Shown here: piece by piece, positions 17,470-26,775 of the stretch
How the letters are laid out: each line of letters starts with the position of its first letter
How positions within the stretch are numbered: position 1 is the first letter of the stretch
NCBI GenBank assembly: GCA_031261985.1
Contig: JAISIR010000010.1
Span: 26,049 to 90,048 of the forward strand
Direction: 5' to 3'
From: Clostridiales bacterium
Lineage (GTDB): Bacteria > Bacillota > Clostridia > Monoglobales > WRBX01
Length of the DNA: 64,000 nt
The notes under the pieces: model-generated
Database searches by the model: none
The model's input: only the letters and a program-made list of their open reading frames with translations
What the model was told of the DNA's origin: nothing
Position numbers and translations under genes: made by a program

Positions 17470-19578
17470 TCAAGTGATAACTGTAGAAGTAGCCACTGGC
17501 GATGTGTTTTGCGCCTTTGTATTTTGTGCGCGCTGCAAGGCTCTGGCTCTGCCATCTACCTCGGCAACAATTATGCATGTAGAATCGGGCAGGCGAGCAG
17601 GCTTTCCGTCGCCGTCGTAAAAGTTAATTAGCGGAAGCAGATTCTCTTCGTAACCGTCTTGAAGGAAGTGCTTACACTCGACTATATTAAACTTATCCTT
17701 AAAATTTTCTTTAAAAAAGTTGACATACTCAGTTGGTGTAAAGTATCCAAACTGCTCTTGAACCTCGTGCGCAAAGCTATTTTTACCCCAAGTGTATGTG
17801 TACAAAAACTCCATTGCGTCGTTCACTTTCATCTTAACTTTGTTATCGCCTAGGTTTTGATAGGTAATATCGCGCCCTTTAAAGTTCTTGCAATAGGCGT
17901 CTAAAAACTCCTTACCCTCTGGCGTTTTAAACTCTATAATCCTGTCTTGGTCGGCAGGCTCGGTCATAATCCCGTCGCGAATAACGATTCTTCCGTTATC
18001 TGGCAAAACATTATATGCAGAATCTATCGCTTGGCGGATAGTCTCGTGGTTAAACTTTTTGCCGTCGGTATCGATATACGAAAACAGCTCATGAATAATC
18101 GACGAGTAAACGATTGTATCGACCGCGCCTGGCTTAAAGTGGTCGTCAAGCTTTAACGCGTTCCCTTTTACCACGTTCCATTTTTTATGTTCTTTATCCT
18201 TTTTTGCGTTTAAGCTTTCTATTACATTTTGCGAGATATCTATACCATACACCTCGGCATCTGGCATTTGCTCTTGAATCAAATCCATTAGCGCGCCGCC
18301 GCCAGGGCCTATATCTAACACCTTATCGCCTGTTACGTAATCTAGCAATTTAGCCTTATTGGGCATAGACGAATTCATTCGGTTTAGATATTGCTTCTCG
18401 TTATAAAACCTATCATACGCATCGCGGCTGAAGCCAAAGAGCTTATATAACATAACCACCGCCTCACTATAGGTTTGGTCGTCTTCGTAGGCAACTTCGC
18501 AAAAATCAATCAGCTTTTGCGCAGGGGTCGAGAACTCAACCTCGAACTCAAAAGTATCGCCCTTTTGCATGCCGCTGCCTATGATATGCTTGCTTGACGG
18601 AACGCGTTTAGCGAGTAAATCATCTATTTTAAGGTCTTTTAAGTAGCTCTCTATAATACGTTTTTTAAATAAATCGGGAACCTTCTCTCCATTATAGTCG
18701 CGATAAATGTTCTTCATAAAGTTCTCAAAAGTTATATGTGTAACGCTGTTTAAATCGGTTTTAGCGGAGATTAGCAAGAATATTTTGCCCGTCTCTTCTG
18801 GTGTAAAATCATTTAAACCGCCATAAAAATACCATAGCTCGTTATTCTTAAATATATCGCCGATAGCCTTGCGAACATCGGGGTTATCTAGCATTTGTCG
18901 CAGCGGCTGATAATCGGCAGTCGGCGCATTTTGCCTAAGTTTTTTAAAGCGAGTGATGATATAGTTTTTATCGTAGAAGTTCTCTTCTGCAAAATCGCCC
19001 GCTATAATTTTATCTATATTACGATTAAGCTCTGATTTTTCGGAGTTAAACAGCCCCTTTTGCAGCCCGTCGAGAATGCAATAGTTAAGCAAAGTCAAAG
19101 CTTTTTTAAGGTCGGCGGCGGTAATCTTTCCGTCTTTTACTAAATCATACAACTCTTTATTCTTATCAAAATTAACCTCGCCAATATGATGCTGTCCAAG
19201 CAGACCATGAGTTTTGATTAAAGTATAAATTATCTCGTTAAAATCGGTTGTGTTTTCTTTATAGATATCTGCCGAGCCATAATTATGCGCATGTAGGTCG
19301 TACCCCTGAGCAATCCAGCGGTTGCGGTCGTCTTTACTCCCACATTTAGCAACCTCGCACCATTGAAGCGTTGTGCGAACCATGTCGATAACGTCGGATT
19401 TCTCGGTGGTTAAACTATCTAATACATCAAGCGTTTTAAAGGTATAATCGGCGACCATTTTAGGCGATAAATCCTTTAATGTGCGGATGTTTTTGTAGTT
19501 GATATTAGTTTCACTTGTATTGGTTAAAAACTTCTTCCAGTTATCGTTAGGATTATGCAATTCGCTCATGACTGACAT
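17470..19578 (-). CDS. fusion protein: about 400-aa unknown helical N-terminal domain + class I SAM-dependent methyltransferase
   Basis: 702 aa. SAM motif I (VLDIGPGGGALMD), then YGIDIS and VYSSIIHELF, lie in the C-terminal half. The N-terminal half matched no family I recognise. RBS AGGGGGG. Confidence 0.75.
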   Translation of the reverse strand: MSVMSELHNPNDNWKKFLTNTSETNINYKNIRTLKDLSPKMVADYTFKTLDVLDSLTTEKSDVIDMVRTTLQWCEVAKCGSKDDRNRWIAQGYDLHAHNYGSADIYKENTTDFNEIIYTLIKTHGLLGQHHIGEVNFDKNKELYDLVKDGKITAADLKKALTLLNYCILDGLQKGLFNSEKSELNRNIDKIIAGDFAEENFYDKNYIITRFKKLRQNAPTADYQPLRQMLDNPDVRKAIGDIFKNNELWYFYGGLNDFTPEETGKIFLLISAKTDLNSVTHITFENFMKNIYRDYNGEKVPDLFKKRIIESYLKDLKIDDLLAKRVPSSKHIIGSGMQKGDTFEFEVEFSTPAQKLIDFCEVAYEDDQTYSEAVVMLYKLFGFSRDAYDRFYNEKQYLNRMNSSMPNKAKLLDYVTGDKVLDIGPGGGALMDLIQEQMPDAEVYGIDISQNVIESLNAKKDKEHKKWNVVKGNALKLDDHFKPGAVDTIVYSSIIHELFSYIDTDGKKFNHETIRQAIDSAYNVLPDNGRIVIRDGIMTEPADQDRIIEFKTPEGKEFLDAYCKNFKGRDITYQNLGDNKVKMKVNDAMEFLYTYTWGKNSFAHEVQEQFGYFTPTEYVNFFKENFKDKFNIVECKHFLQDGYEENLLPLINFYDGDGKPARLPDSTCIIVAEVDGRARALQRAQNTKAQNTSPVATSTVIT

Positions 19579-19696
19579 TCTTTAGTCCCCCCTAAAAAGG
19601 CTCATATACTTATATTATATCATAAAAAATTATAGATTTCAATAGCTAATGCCTAATTTATTGTTAATTTTTTGTTAAATATTCCTTAAATTCACG

Positions 19697-19731
19697 CAAA
19701 AAACCTTGCGCTATTACACGCAAGGTTTTTG
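19697..19731 (-). terminator. intrinsic terminator of the S-layer-like gene
   Basis: AAAAACCTTGCG-ctattaca-CGCAAGGTTTTT gives an 11-12 bp stem with a U-run on the minus strand. Confidence 0.8.
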
Positions 19732-19763
19732 TATTATCGTGTTGCTAAATTACATTTAATTTA

Positions 19764-22700
19764 TTAGCCTACAGCGTTTGGGTCATTTGCTAAAACCCAA
19801 GCAGCAGGTGAAGTGTTGAAATCATCTGGGTTTGTAGACTCGTTGAACACATATTCTACATTAATTTCCATTTGTGCCCATTCGCCACCTTCTGCATCCC
19901 AATAAAGGAACGTAGCGATTTCTTTTGCAGTTGTCATCGTCGCGCCAGGGGCAACGACTAGATTATAACCGTCCCAAGCATATCCACCTTGCCCGTCGAC
20001 TTCAGGATAACCACCGACAATCTCGCCGAAGCTAACACTTGCTGCTGAGCCGATTTGTAGGTCGCCGCCTGTTCTTAGCACAGCAACACCAGCTTCTACA
20101 GTTGCAGTTCCGTTAACTATTACTACGCCAAGAACTTCTACTAAGCCTTCAACAGTTATTGTGGTTCCAGCTTTGATTACAAGCGTTTTACCTTCAGGAA
20201 TAACAAGTGTTTCAGCTCCTGCAACAGTTAAATCGCCACCTAAGATAACGTAATCAGATACATCAAACAGAGCATCAACTTCCTCAACAGTTGGAGTTTC
20301 ATCTGTTAGTTCACCCAATGCTATGCTTGCGCTTGCAAATCTCTCTGCTGGGTTTGACGATTTATACCTTACGTAAACAACAGCTTCTGCATCCATTGTT
20401 ACGTCCAAGGCTTCCCCATCAAAGCAATCATCCCATGTTGTACCAGCGTCGTTGCTATATTCCATTGTTTGCGTTGCGCCAACAAGTTCGTACCCAACGC
20501 GAGTTACATCATCAGGAGCAGCTGGACGTGCAGGGATAGCAATATTGTAATTATCAGATGCTATTTTTGCGCCATCTGCAGGAGTTACAAGATAAATTGT
20601 TTGACCCATATAATCGGTTAAAACTGGTGTAGCTGTATCGAAAATATCATCGCTAATTGGTGTGTCGTCCAATTCATAAGCTTTAGCTACACCAGCCGGT
20701 CCTGGATATTCGTCGCCTTTAACAAAAATGTATTCAGCAAAATAGTCGATTATAATACCAGGTTGCGCTTGTTTACCAATTGTAATTGTCATTTTGTTAT
20801 CTGGACGAGTTGTTTGATAAACAGTGATAACATCGCCTACGACAGCATTTCCTAAAGCTTCTTGCAATGTTTCTAAATCAGCTGTTGCAACATCATCATA
20901 TACGCTTTCGCTAAACTCAACGCTTGTATAGTCATCAAGGTCTTCGTTATTGAAAACAATTTTATTTGTTGCTTCGCCTAAATCTACAGTTACGTCTGCT
21001 GTAGCAATCGGCATTGTAGATACAGTTACAGTTGGTTCTGCAACTAAATTAGCTTTAGCGAATTTAATTTCTGTTGCTGTATTGTTAGCGTTATTTACTG
21101 TGAAATCGCCTTCTGTAAGAGGAGTTACTTCTTGTTTTTCTGTGTCGCCGTTAACGCCTATATAAATGAATTCGCTTGTACCAACTGTGATGATATCGCC
21201 AATTTTAATAGTATCTGGAACGACATAAACTGCAACTGTGTCAACTGTTTCGCCAGTTATATCTGTTGTTCCAGCTTCTACAATTGCTTCAGGAGTAGGT
21301 TCTACAGTTTCATCATTTATTGCAGGTTCAGGGTCAGGAATTGCAGGAGTTGAAGGTGAAAAACTGCCTCCGCCGCTGCCACCGCTTATTACAGGAGACT
21401 TGCTTGTTCCTGTGGTTGCGTTACCCTCGCTATCTGCTGGAACGGTTGTAACGTTCTCGGCTACCTCTACCTTAGCGGGTTGGTTACCGTCAATAACGAC
21501 ACCGTCAGCCTCTACCGTTAAATTAACGATTTCGCCGTCGTTTTGAATAGTTGTTGCTATCGGAGCATCTAAAGTTGTAACCGTTGCATCTTTGTTAATT
21601 GTGATAGTTGTGTCCTCGCCTGCAACTGTTAGTGTAGTAATTGTGCCAGATGCAACCGTTAGGTTAACACCATCGCCAACTTCTACAGTTACAGCATCGC
21701 CATATAGAACAACATCTGATGAGCCATCTTCTATAACGATAACCTCGGCTTTAGAATTGCCCTCTAGTTTAACGCTAACCGCGTTGCCCACTTTTTGAAC
21801 GACAATTTTGCCGCCGATTTCTGAACTAATAATGATTACAGAGTTAACGCCACCGCCGCGGACAATTAATTTGCCGCTAACTGTAGAGTTCTCTAGAACA
21901 GCCTCGCCCTCGGCAACGCCTTCGCCGATGATTAAGTCGCCCTCTAGTTCTACACCTGTTAAAACAACGCCGCTAGTGTTAACAATAAATACACCATTAG
22001 GGTTTTTATTGTATACTTGTTTAAAGCTGCCTTCAACGTCGTAAATTTCGTTAACAGAGTTATCTACAATTTGCATAACCTCTGCACGAGTGATGTTTGC
22101 GATAGGGTCGAACTTGTTATCTTCTTTGCCAGAGATAAACCCGCGAGCTGTTGCTGCTTTTACATATCCAGCTGCCCATTGCTCGATGATTGCATCGTCT
22201 GCAAAAGATTTGCCTGTGGTGCCTTCTTCAACGTCAAACGCGCGGCCGATAACCGTTACAGCCTCTTGACGTGTGATAGAGTCGTCTGGACGGAATTTAC
22301 CGTTGCCGTCGCCTTCAAAAATGCCTGCAGCAACAGCTTTAGAAACTGCTTGTGCATACCATTCGTCTGCTGGAACATCGGTAAATACTTCGCTTGAAGT
22401 TGTTTGATATTTCATCATGTTATCCATGATTTGAGCGAACTCGGCACGTGTTAAAGAATCTTCGGGATTAAACTTACCCTCATAGCCTTGAACTACGCCA
22501 TTTTTGCTCCATTTATTGATTGCTTCTGCGCCCCAAAAATCTGCTGGAACGTCGGTAAAAGTAGCGTCTTCGGGGTTAACCGTTGGCGTTTCTTCCGTTG
22601 TTTCAGGAGTTTCGGTTGTTACTTCTTCTTCAGTTGTTACTTCTTCTGCAACTGGAGCTTCTGTTGTGATTTCTTCTTCTGTTGTAACTGGTGCTTCAGT

Positions 22701-22850
22701 TGTTTCTGGTGTTTCTGGAGTTTCTGTTGTTAGTACCTGTTCGGTTGTAACAGGTGCCTCGGGTGTCACTTCTTCTGCCGCGAATACACCGTAGGGTAGA
22801 ATCGTGATAGTTAATGCAATTACTGTTAATAATGATGTAAATTTCTTCAC
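19764..22850 (-). CDS. S-layer-like surface protein with three N-terminal SLH domains
   Basis: 1028 aa with a signal peptide and a T/E/P-rich repeat (TTEAPVTTEEE...). Three SLH domains are present (FTDVPADFWGAEAINKW..., FTDVPADEWYAQAV..., FADDAIIEQWAAGYV...). The gene has a strong RBS, promoter and terminator. Confidence 0.9.
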   Translation of the reverse strand: MKKFTSLLTVIALTITILPYGVFAAEEVTPEAPVTTEQVLTTETPETPETTEAPVTTEEEITTEAPVAEEVTTEEEVTTETPETTEETPTVNPEDATFTDVPADFWGAEAINKWSKNGVVQGYEGKFNPEDSLTRAEFAQIMDNMMKYQTTSSEVFTDVPADEWYAQAVSKAVAAGIFEGDGNGKFRPDDSITRQEAVTVIGRAFDVEEGTTGKSFADDAIIEQWAAGYVKAATARGFISGKEDNKFDPIANITRAEVMQIVDNSVNEIYDVEGSFKQVYNKNPNGVFIVNTSGVVLTGVELEGDLIIGEGVAEGEAVLENSTVSGKLIVRGGGVNSVIIISSEIGGKIVVQKVGNAVSVKLEGNSKAEVIVIEDGSSDVVLYGDAVTVEVGDGVNLTVASGTITTLTVAGEDTTITINKDATVTTLDAPIATTIQNDGEIVNLTVEADGVVIDGNQPAKVEVAENVTTVPADSEGNATTGTSKSPVISGGSGGGSFSPSTPAIPDPEPAINDETVEPTPEAIVEAGTTDITGETVDTVAVYVVPDTIKIGDIITVGTSEFIYIGVNGDTEKQEVTPLTEGDFTVNNANNTATEIKFAKANLVAEPTVTVSTMPIATADVTVDLGEATNKIVFNNEDLDDYTSVEFSESVYDDVATADLETLQEALGNAVVGDVITVYQTTRPDNKMTITIGKQAQPGIIIDYFAEYIFVKGDEYPGPAGVAKAYELDDTPISDDIFDTATPVLTDYMGQTIYLVTPADGAKIASDNYNIAIPARPAAPDDVTRVGYELVGATQTMEYSNDAGTTWDDCFDGEALDVTMDAEAVVYVRYKSSNPAERFASASIALGELTDETPTVEEVDALFDVSDYVILGGDLTVAGAETLVIPEGKTLVIKAGTTITVEGLVEVLGVVIVNGTATVEAGVAVLRTGGDLQIGSAASVSFGEIVGGYPEVDGQGGYAWDGYNLVVAPGATMTTAKEIATFLYWDAEGGEWAQMEINVEYVFNESTNPDDFNTSPAAWVLANDPNAVG

Positions 22851-22960
22851 AAGATTACCTCCTATTAGTTTTAAAAAAATTTTACGAATTTAAACGAGGA
22901 GTGTATTACAAATTCGTTACGCTTTGGTTACAAAATTGTTACAACCGCTCTCGTGGAGTT

Positions 22961-22989
22961 ATTATATCACTATGTATTTAAAATGTCAA
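22961..22989 (-). promoter_or_regulatory. strong sigma-A promoter for the S-layer-like gene
   Basis: On the minus strand: TTGACA, a 17-nt spacer, then TGaTATAAT (extended -10). This implies a leader of about 100 nt. Confidence 0.7.
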
Positions 22990-23269
22990 GGATAATTTTA
23001 GAAATTTTTACCAGGATTTTCGACAAAAAAAGACCTGCTGTTTGCAGGGGTTAATGGTGGTATTAATTAGTGTGATAAAGGAATTTAGCTTGAGAGGATT
23101 AATGGGAAAGGAACAATGAAGTCGCTATCGATTTAGTGAAAGGTGAAAGGTGAAAAGTGAAGAATGAAAACTACAAAACTTTGCCCTTAATTGCTTTTCG
23201 CAAGAAAAGCTTCGTTTTCTTTTCGCTCTTCTCTTTTATCTCTTCTATCTTTGCCGTCAGGCAAAGTTT

Positions 23270-23345
23270 TGGTCGAAGTGACAAGACTTGAACTTGCGGC
23301 CTCTGCGTCCCGAACGCAGCGCTCTACCAACTGAGCTACACCTCG
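23270..23345 (-). tRNA. tRNA-Pro (anticodon CGG)
   Basis: A hand-folded cloverleaf: CGAGGTG acceptor stem, GCTC/GAGC D stem, CTGCG-TTCGGGA-CGCAG anticodon arm, TTCAAGT T-loop, encoded CCA; 76 nt. Confidence 0.9.
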
Positions 23346-23403
23346 GTACATTAACTTATTAATGTTATTTTTCCCTCTTTACCATATAATATCAAAAATA
23401 GGA

Positions 23404-23431
23404 GGCGGATTAATTGTTTTAAAAATCCGCC
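23404..23431 (-). terminator. intrinsic terminator downstream of purC
   Basis: GGCGGATT-loop-AATCCGCC gives an 8-bp stem followed on the minus strand by TCCTATTTTT. Confidence 0.55.
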
Positions 23432-23458
23432 ATTCTATATTATGTTTCTAATTTGATT

Positions 23459-24295
23459 CTAGTTTGTCAATAAATCTAGTGCCTCTTGATATTTTGCCTT
23501 AGTAGTATCGATTACATCTTGCGGTAAATTAGGCGCGGGTGGGTTTTTATCCCAACCAGAGGCAACCAACCAATCGCGCAGATATTGTTTATCGTAACTA
23601 TCTTGACCCTGGGCAACTTTATACTTAGATAAATCCCAAAATCGGCTGCTATCGGGCGTTAAAACCTCGTCGGCCAGCACTAGCGTTCCGTTCTCGTCTA
23701 GACCAAACTCGAACTTTGTATCGGCAATAATTATACCCTTATTCAACGCGTAATCGGCACATTTTTTATACACATCTAGCGATGCTTTTTTAACGCGCTC
23801 TGCCATATCGTTACCTATAAGCTGGCACATTTGGTCAAAAGTTATGTTCTCGTCGTGACCTTCCTCTGCCTTACTAGATGGCGTGAACAATGGCTCGGGA
23901 AGCTTTTGGCTCTCTTGCAATCCTTCGGGCAATTTTATACCGCAAACCATGCCAGTTTTTTTATAATCGCTCCAGCCCGAACCCGTGATATACCCGCGAA
24001 CAATGCACTCGACGGGCAACATTTTAAGCTTTTTAACTAGGCATGAGCGGCCTTTAAAGTAATCGGTCTGGAAGTCGCTTGGCATATCTTTGATATCGGT
24101 AGAAATTAGGTGATTGGGGATAATATCGCTTGTTAGGTCAAGCCAAAAGTTAGACATTTGCGTAAGAATAACGCCCTTGCCAGGTATTTCGTTTGGCATA
24201 ATGCTATCGTAAGCCGAAATCCTATCCGACACTACGATGACCAATTGCTCGCCTATATCGTATACATCGCGTACCTTACCACTTGTTTTTAGCAT
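23459..24295 (-). CDS. purC: phosphoribosylaminoimidazole-succinocarboxamide synthase (SAICAR synthetase)
   Basis: SGKVRDVYD...VVSDRISAYD and the overall length are typical of long-form PurC. Confidence 0.9.
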   Translation of the reverse strand: MLKTSGKVRDVYDIGEQLVIVVSDRISAYDSIMPNEIPGKGVILTQMSNFWLDLTSDIIPNHLISTDIKDMPSDFQTDYFKGRSCLVKKLKMLPVECIVRGYITGSGWSDYKKTGMVCGIKLPEGLQESQKLPEPLFTPSSKAEEGHDENITFDQMCQLIGNDMAERVKKASLDVYKKCADYALNKGIIIADTKFEFGLDENGTLVLADEVLTPDSSRFWDLSKYKVAQGQDSYDKQYLRDWLVASGWDKNPPAPNLPQDVIDTTKAKYQEALDLLTN

Positions 24296-24341
24296 AAATT
24301 TTTCTCCCTTGTTTATAGTTTCACGTGCTTTATAATTTATG

Positions 24342-25805
24342 TCAACCTTGCTTATGCGTTTTAAATTTATCTATCATACTTAGTGCCGCCTTACGTCCTG
24401 CGCCCATGGCTAAAATAATGGTTGCCGCTCCTGTAACGATATCGCCGCCTGCATATACATTATCAATCGAAGTTTCAAAATCATCCTCGTTTGCCACGAT
24501 GCAGCCTTTAGTGTTAAAGTTAAGCGGGATTTGCTCGTGGTCTGCCTGGCGACGGATTAAGGGGTTAGGAGTTTGACCAATTGCAACTACCACCGTTTGA
24601 ACATCTAACGAAAAATTGCTATTAGGTATAGGTTCGGGCGCGCGACGTCCAGAGGAATCGGGCTCGCCCAATTGCATTTTAAGCAGCTCGATAGATTTGA
24701 CAAAACCGTTATCGTCACCTATAATTTGCAACGGATTAACCAAAAGTTTAAACTCGATGCCTTCTTCTTTTGCATGTTCGATTTCCTCGGCGCGGGCAGG
24801 CATTTCCGCCTCGGTGCGTCGGTAAAGAATAGTAACATGCTTAGCACCCGAGCGGATAGCGCAACGAGCGGCGTCCATTGCAACATTGCCGCCGCCTATG
24901 ATTGCGACGTTGTCGCCGATTAAAACAGGAGTGTCAAAGGTTGGGAAGCGGTTGGCGTGCATAAGGTTGATTCGGGTTAAAAACTCGTTCGCCGAGTAAA
25001 CGCCGCTTAATTGCTCGCCAGGAATACCTTGAAAACGTGGCAGACCTGCGCCTGCGCCGATGAAAGTTGCATCGTAATCGGTATAGATTTTGCTAAGCTT
25101 AATAGTTTTGCCAACCACCACGTTATTGTACAAGCGAACGCCTTTAGATTTTAGATTATCAATGAAATTTGCGACAATATTTTTGGGCAGTCTAAAATTG
25201 GGAATGCCATAAAGAAGCACACCGCCAAAATCGTGAAGAGCCTCGTAAACATCTACCTTTATGCCTGCTTGCGCAAGGGTTGCGGCGCAAGATAGACCAG
25301 CCGGGCCGCTACCTACAATTGCAACTTTTTTAGTGTTAAGTTGGGGATTAGTTGCGTGCTCGCCTTTAGCATCAGGCTCAGGCGTAGTAAAATCGGCCGT
25401 GGAATCGGGCGCGGTAGAATTTGGGGCAGTAACATCAAACGCAAAACGCTCTAACCTGCCAATTGCTATGCTATCGCCCTTGATACCCCTAACGCACTTG
25501 GATTGGCATTGGCGTTCTTGAGGGCAAACGCGGCCGCAAATATCGCCCAATAGATTAGTTTGCTCTATAATTTCACGCGCTTTTTGGTTATCGTCGTTTT
25601 TAATCGCCTCGATAAATTCAGGGATTTTAACAGCAACAGGGCAACCCTGAACACATGGCGCATTCTTACAATTTAGGCAACGCATCGCCTCGGCTTTGGC
25701 TTGCTGAGGGGTGTAGCCAGTAGCCACCTCCGAGAAAGTTTGGACGCGAATATCGGGGGCAAGGTTATCCATATTAATTTGTTTGTTTGAATCGGTATTT
25801 ATCAA
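24342..25805 (-). CDS. nfnB: NADPH-dependent glutamate-synthase-small-subunit-like oxidoreductase (NfnB-type)
   Basis: An N-terminal Cys-rich Fe-S region (CLNCKNAPC...CP) precedes two GxGxxG dinucleotide folds (IVGSGPAG, IIGGGNVAMD). It is paired with an NfnA-like gene. Confidence 0.8.
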   Translation of the reverse strand: MINTDSNKQINMDNLAPDIRVQTFSEVATGYTPQQAKAEAMRCLNCKNAPCVQGCPVAVKIPEFIEAIKNDDNQKAREIIEQTNLLGDICGRVCPQERQCQSKCVRGIKGDSIAIGRLERFAFDVTAPNSTAPDSTADFTTPEPDAKGEHATNPQLNTKKVAIVGSGPAGLSCAATLAQAGIKVDVYEALHDFGGVLLYGIPNFRLPKNIVANFIDNLKSKGVRLYNNVVVGKTIKLSKIYTDYDATFIGAGAGLPRFQGIPGEQLSGVYSANEFLTRINLMHANRFPTFDTPVLIGDNVAIIGGGNVAMDAARCAIRSGAKHVTILYRRTEAEMPARAEEIEHAKEEGIEFKLLVNPLQIIGDDNGFVKSIELLKMQLGEPDSSGRRAPEPIPNSNFSLDVQTVVVAIGQTPNPLIRRQADHEQIPLNFNTKGCIVANEDDFETSIDNVYAGGDIVTGAATIILAMGAGRKAALSMIDKFKTHKQG

Positions 25806-25847
25806 TTTTAACTTCGCCTCGTTTTAAGTTTAAGGGTTAAGCACCCA

Positions 25848-26717
25848 CTAATTCACTTTATTACCTAGCTTGCATTCATGTTGCGTTGATTGGGTTTCGC
25901 GCCAAGTATCTAGAGCAATTTTCTCTTGCGGTCGGTAGGTTGCGCTGCGCCTTATGGCTTCGTCCCAATCGATAAGGTGTCCGTCAAAATCGGGACCGTC
26001 GACACATGCAAATTTAACTTTGCCGTCGACTGTAACCCTGCAACAACCACACATTCCTGTGCCGTCTACCATTGTGGCGTTCATGCTTACAATAGTTTTA
26101 ATGCCGTGCGTTTTGGTTAAATTGCACACCGCGCGCATCATGGGCATAGGGCCTATGGCAACAACGCAATCGTACTTTTTACCAAGTTCAATTTGCTGCT
26201 GCAAAATATCGGTTACAAAGCCTTTTACACCATTGCTTCCGTCATCGGTCGAGATATACACGTTTGCGCCAGAACTTTGCAGGTCGTCCTGTAAAATAAT
26301 TAAATCCTTATTACGAAAACCAAGGATAGCATCTACATTAACGTCGCGTTTTTTACTGAATGCAGCAACGATTGGGTAGGCAATTGCCACACCTAAGCCG
26401 CCGCCCAAAACTGCAATGTTGTGATATCCGTCTAAATTAGTTGGCTCGCCAAGCGGGCCTAAAAAATCGCTAAGGAAATCGCCAACTTGCATTTGAGCTA
26501 GATAATTAGTTGTTTTGCCAATTTTTTGGAAGATGATGCCCACCGTTCCAGCTAAAGGGTCGGAGCTTGCGATGGTTAGGGGGATACGCTCGCCATTTGC
26601 ATGGGTACGAAGGATAATAAACTGCCCAGGCTTGGCGTTTGCAGCCACTAGCGGGGCATCTATTAGCATACGAACTACATCGGTATTTAAGTTTTGTTTG
26701 TCTATAATTTTGAACAT
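25848..26717 (-). CDS. nfnA: ferredoxin-NADP+ reductase-like FAD/NAD-binding subunit with C-terminal 2Fe-2S motif (NfnA-type)
   Basis: The PyrK/sulfide-dehydrogenase-like pattern GERIPLTIAS and C-terminal CGCCRV...C are present, directly upstream of the nfnB-like gene. Confidence 0.8.
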   Translation of the reverse strand: MFKIIDKQNLNTDVVRMLIDAPLVAANAKPGQFIILRTHANGERIPLTIASSDPLAGTVGIIFQKIGKTTNYLAQMQVGDFLSDFLGPLGEPTNLDGYHNIAVLGGGLGVAIAYPIVAAFSKKRDVNVDAILGFRNKDLIILQDDLQSSGANVYISTDDGSNGVKGFVTDILQQQIELGKKYDCVVAIGPMPMMRAVCNLTKTHGIKTIVSMNATMVDGTGMCGCCRVTVDGKVKFACVDGPDFDGHLIDWDEAIRRSATYRPQEKIALDTWRETQSTQHECKLGNKVN

Positions 26718-26775
26718 TAATAGTGATTCCTTTATAAACTTTGTATATTACATCAGGGCTGGCATAAATTTAAAT

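Noticed and set aside
20291-22794. Multiple plus-strand ORFs (68-126 aa) opposite the S-layer-like gene.
   Set aside because: They are antisense shadows of a long gene with biased composition. They have low-complexity S/T/V/C/F-rich translations and no start context.
25332-25433. Low-complexity insert (APNSTAPDSTADFTTPEPDAKGEH...) between the Fe-S and FAD domains of the NfnB-like protein. There is a similar N/S-rich loop in the UPF0104 protein (about 34890-35000).
   Set aside because: These are inter-domain linkers whose length varies naturally in these families. There is no evidence of a separate element or a frameshift.
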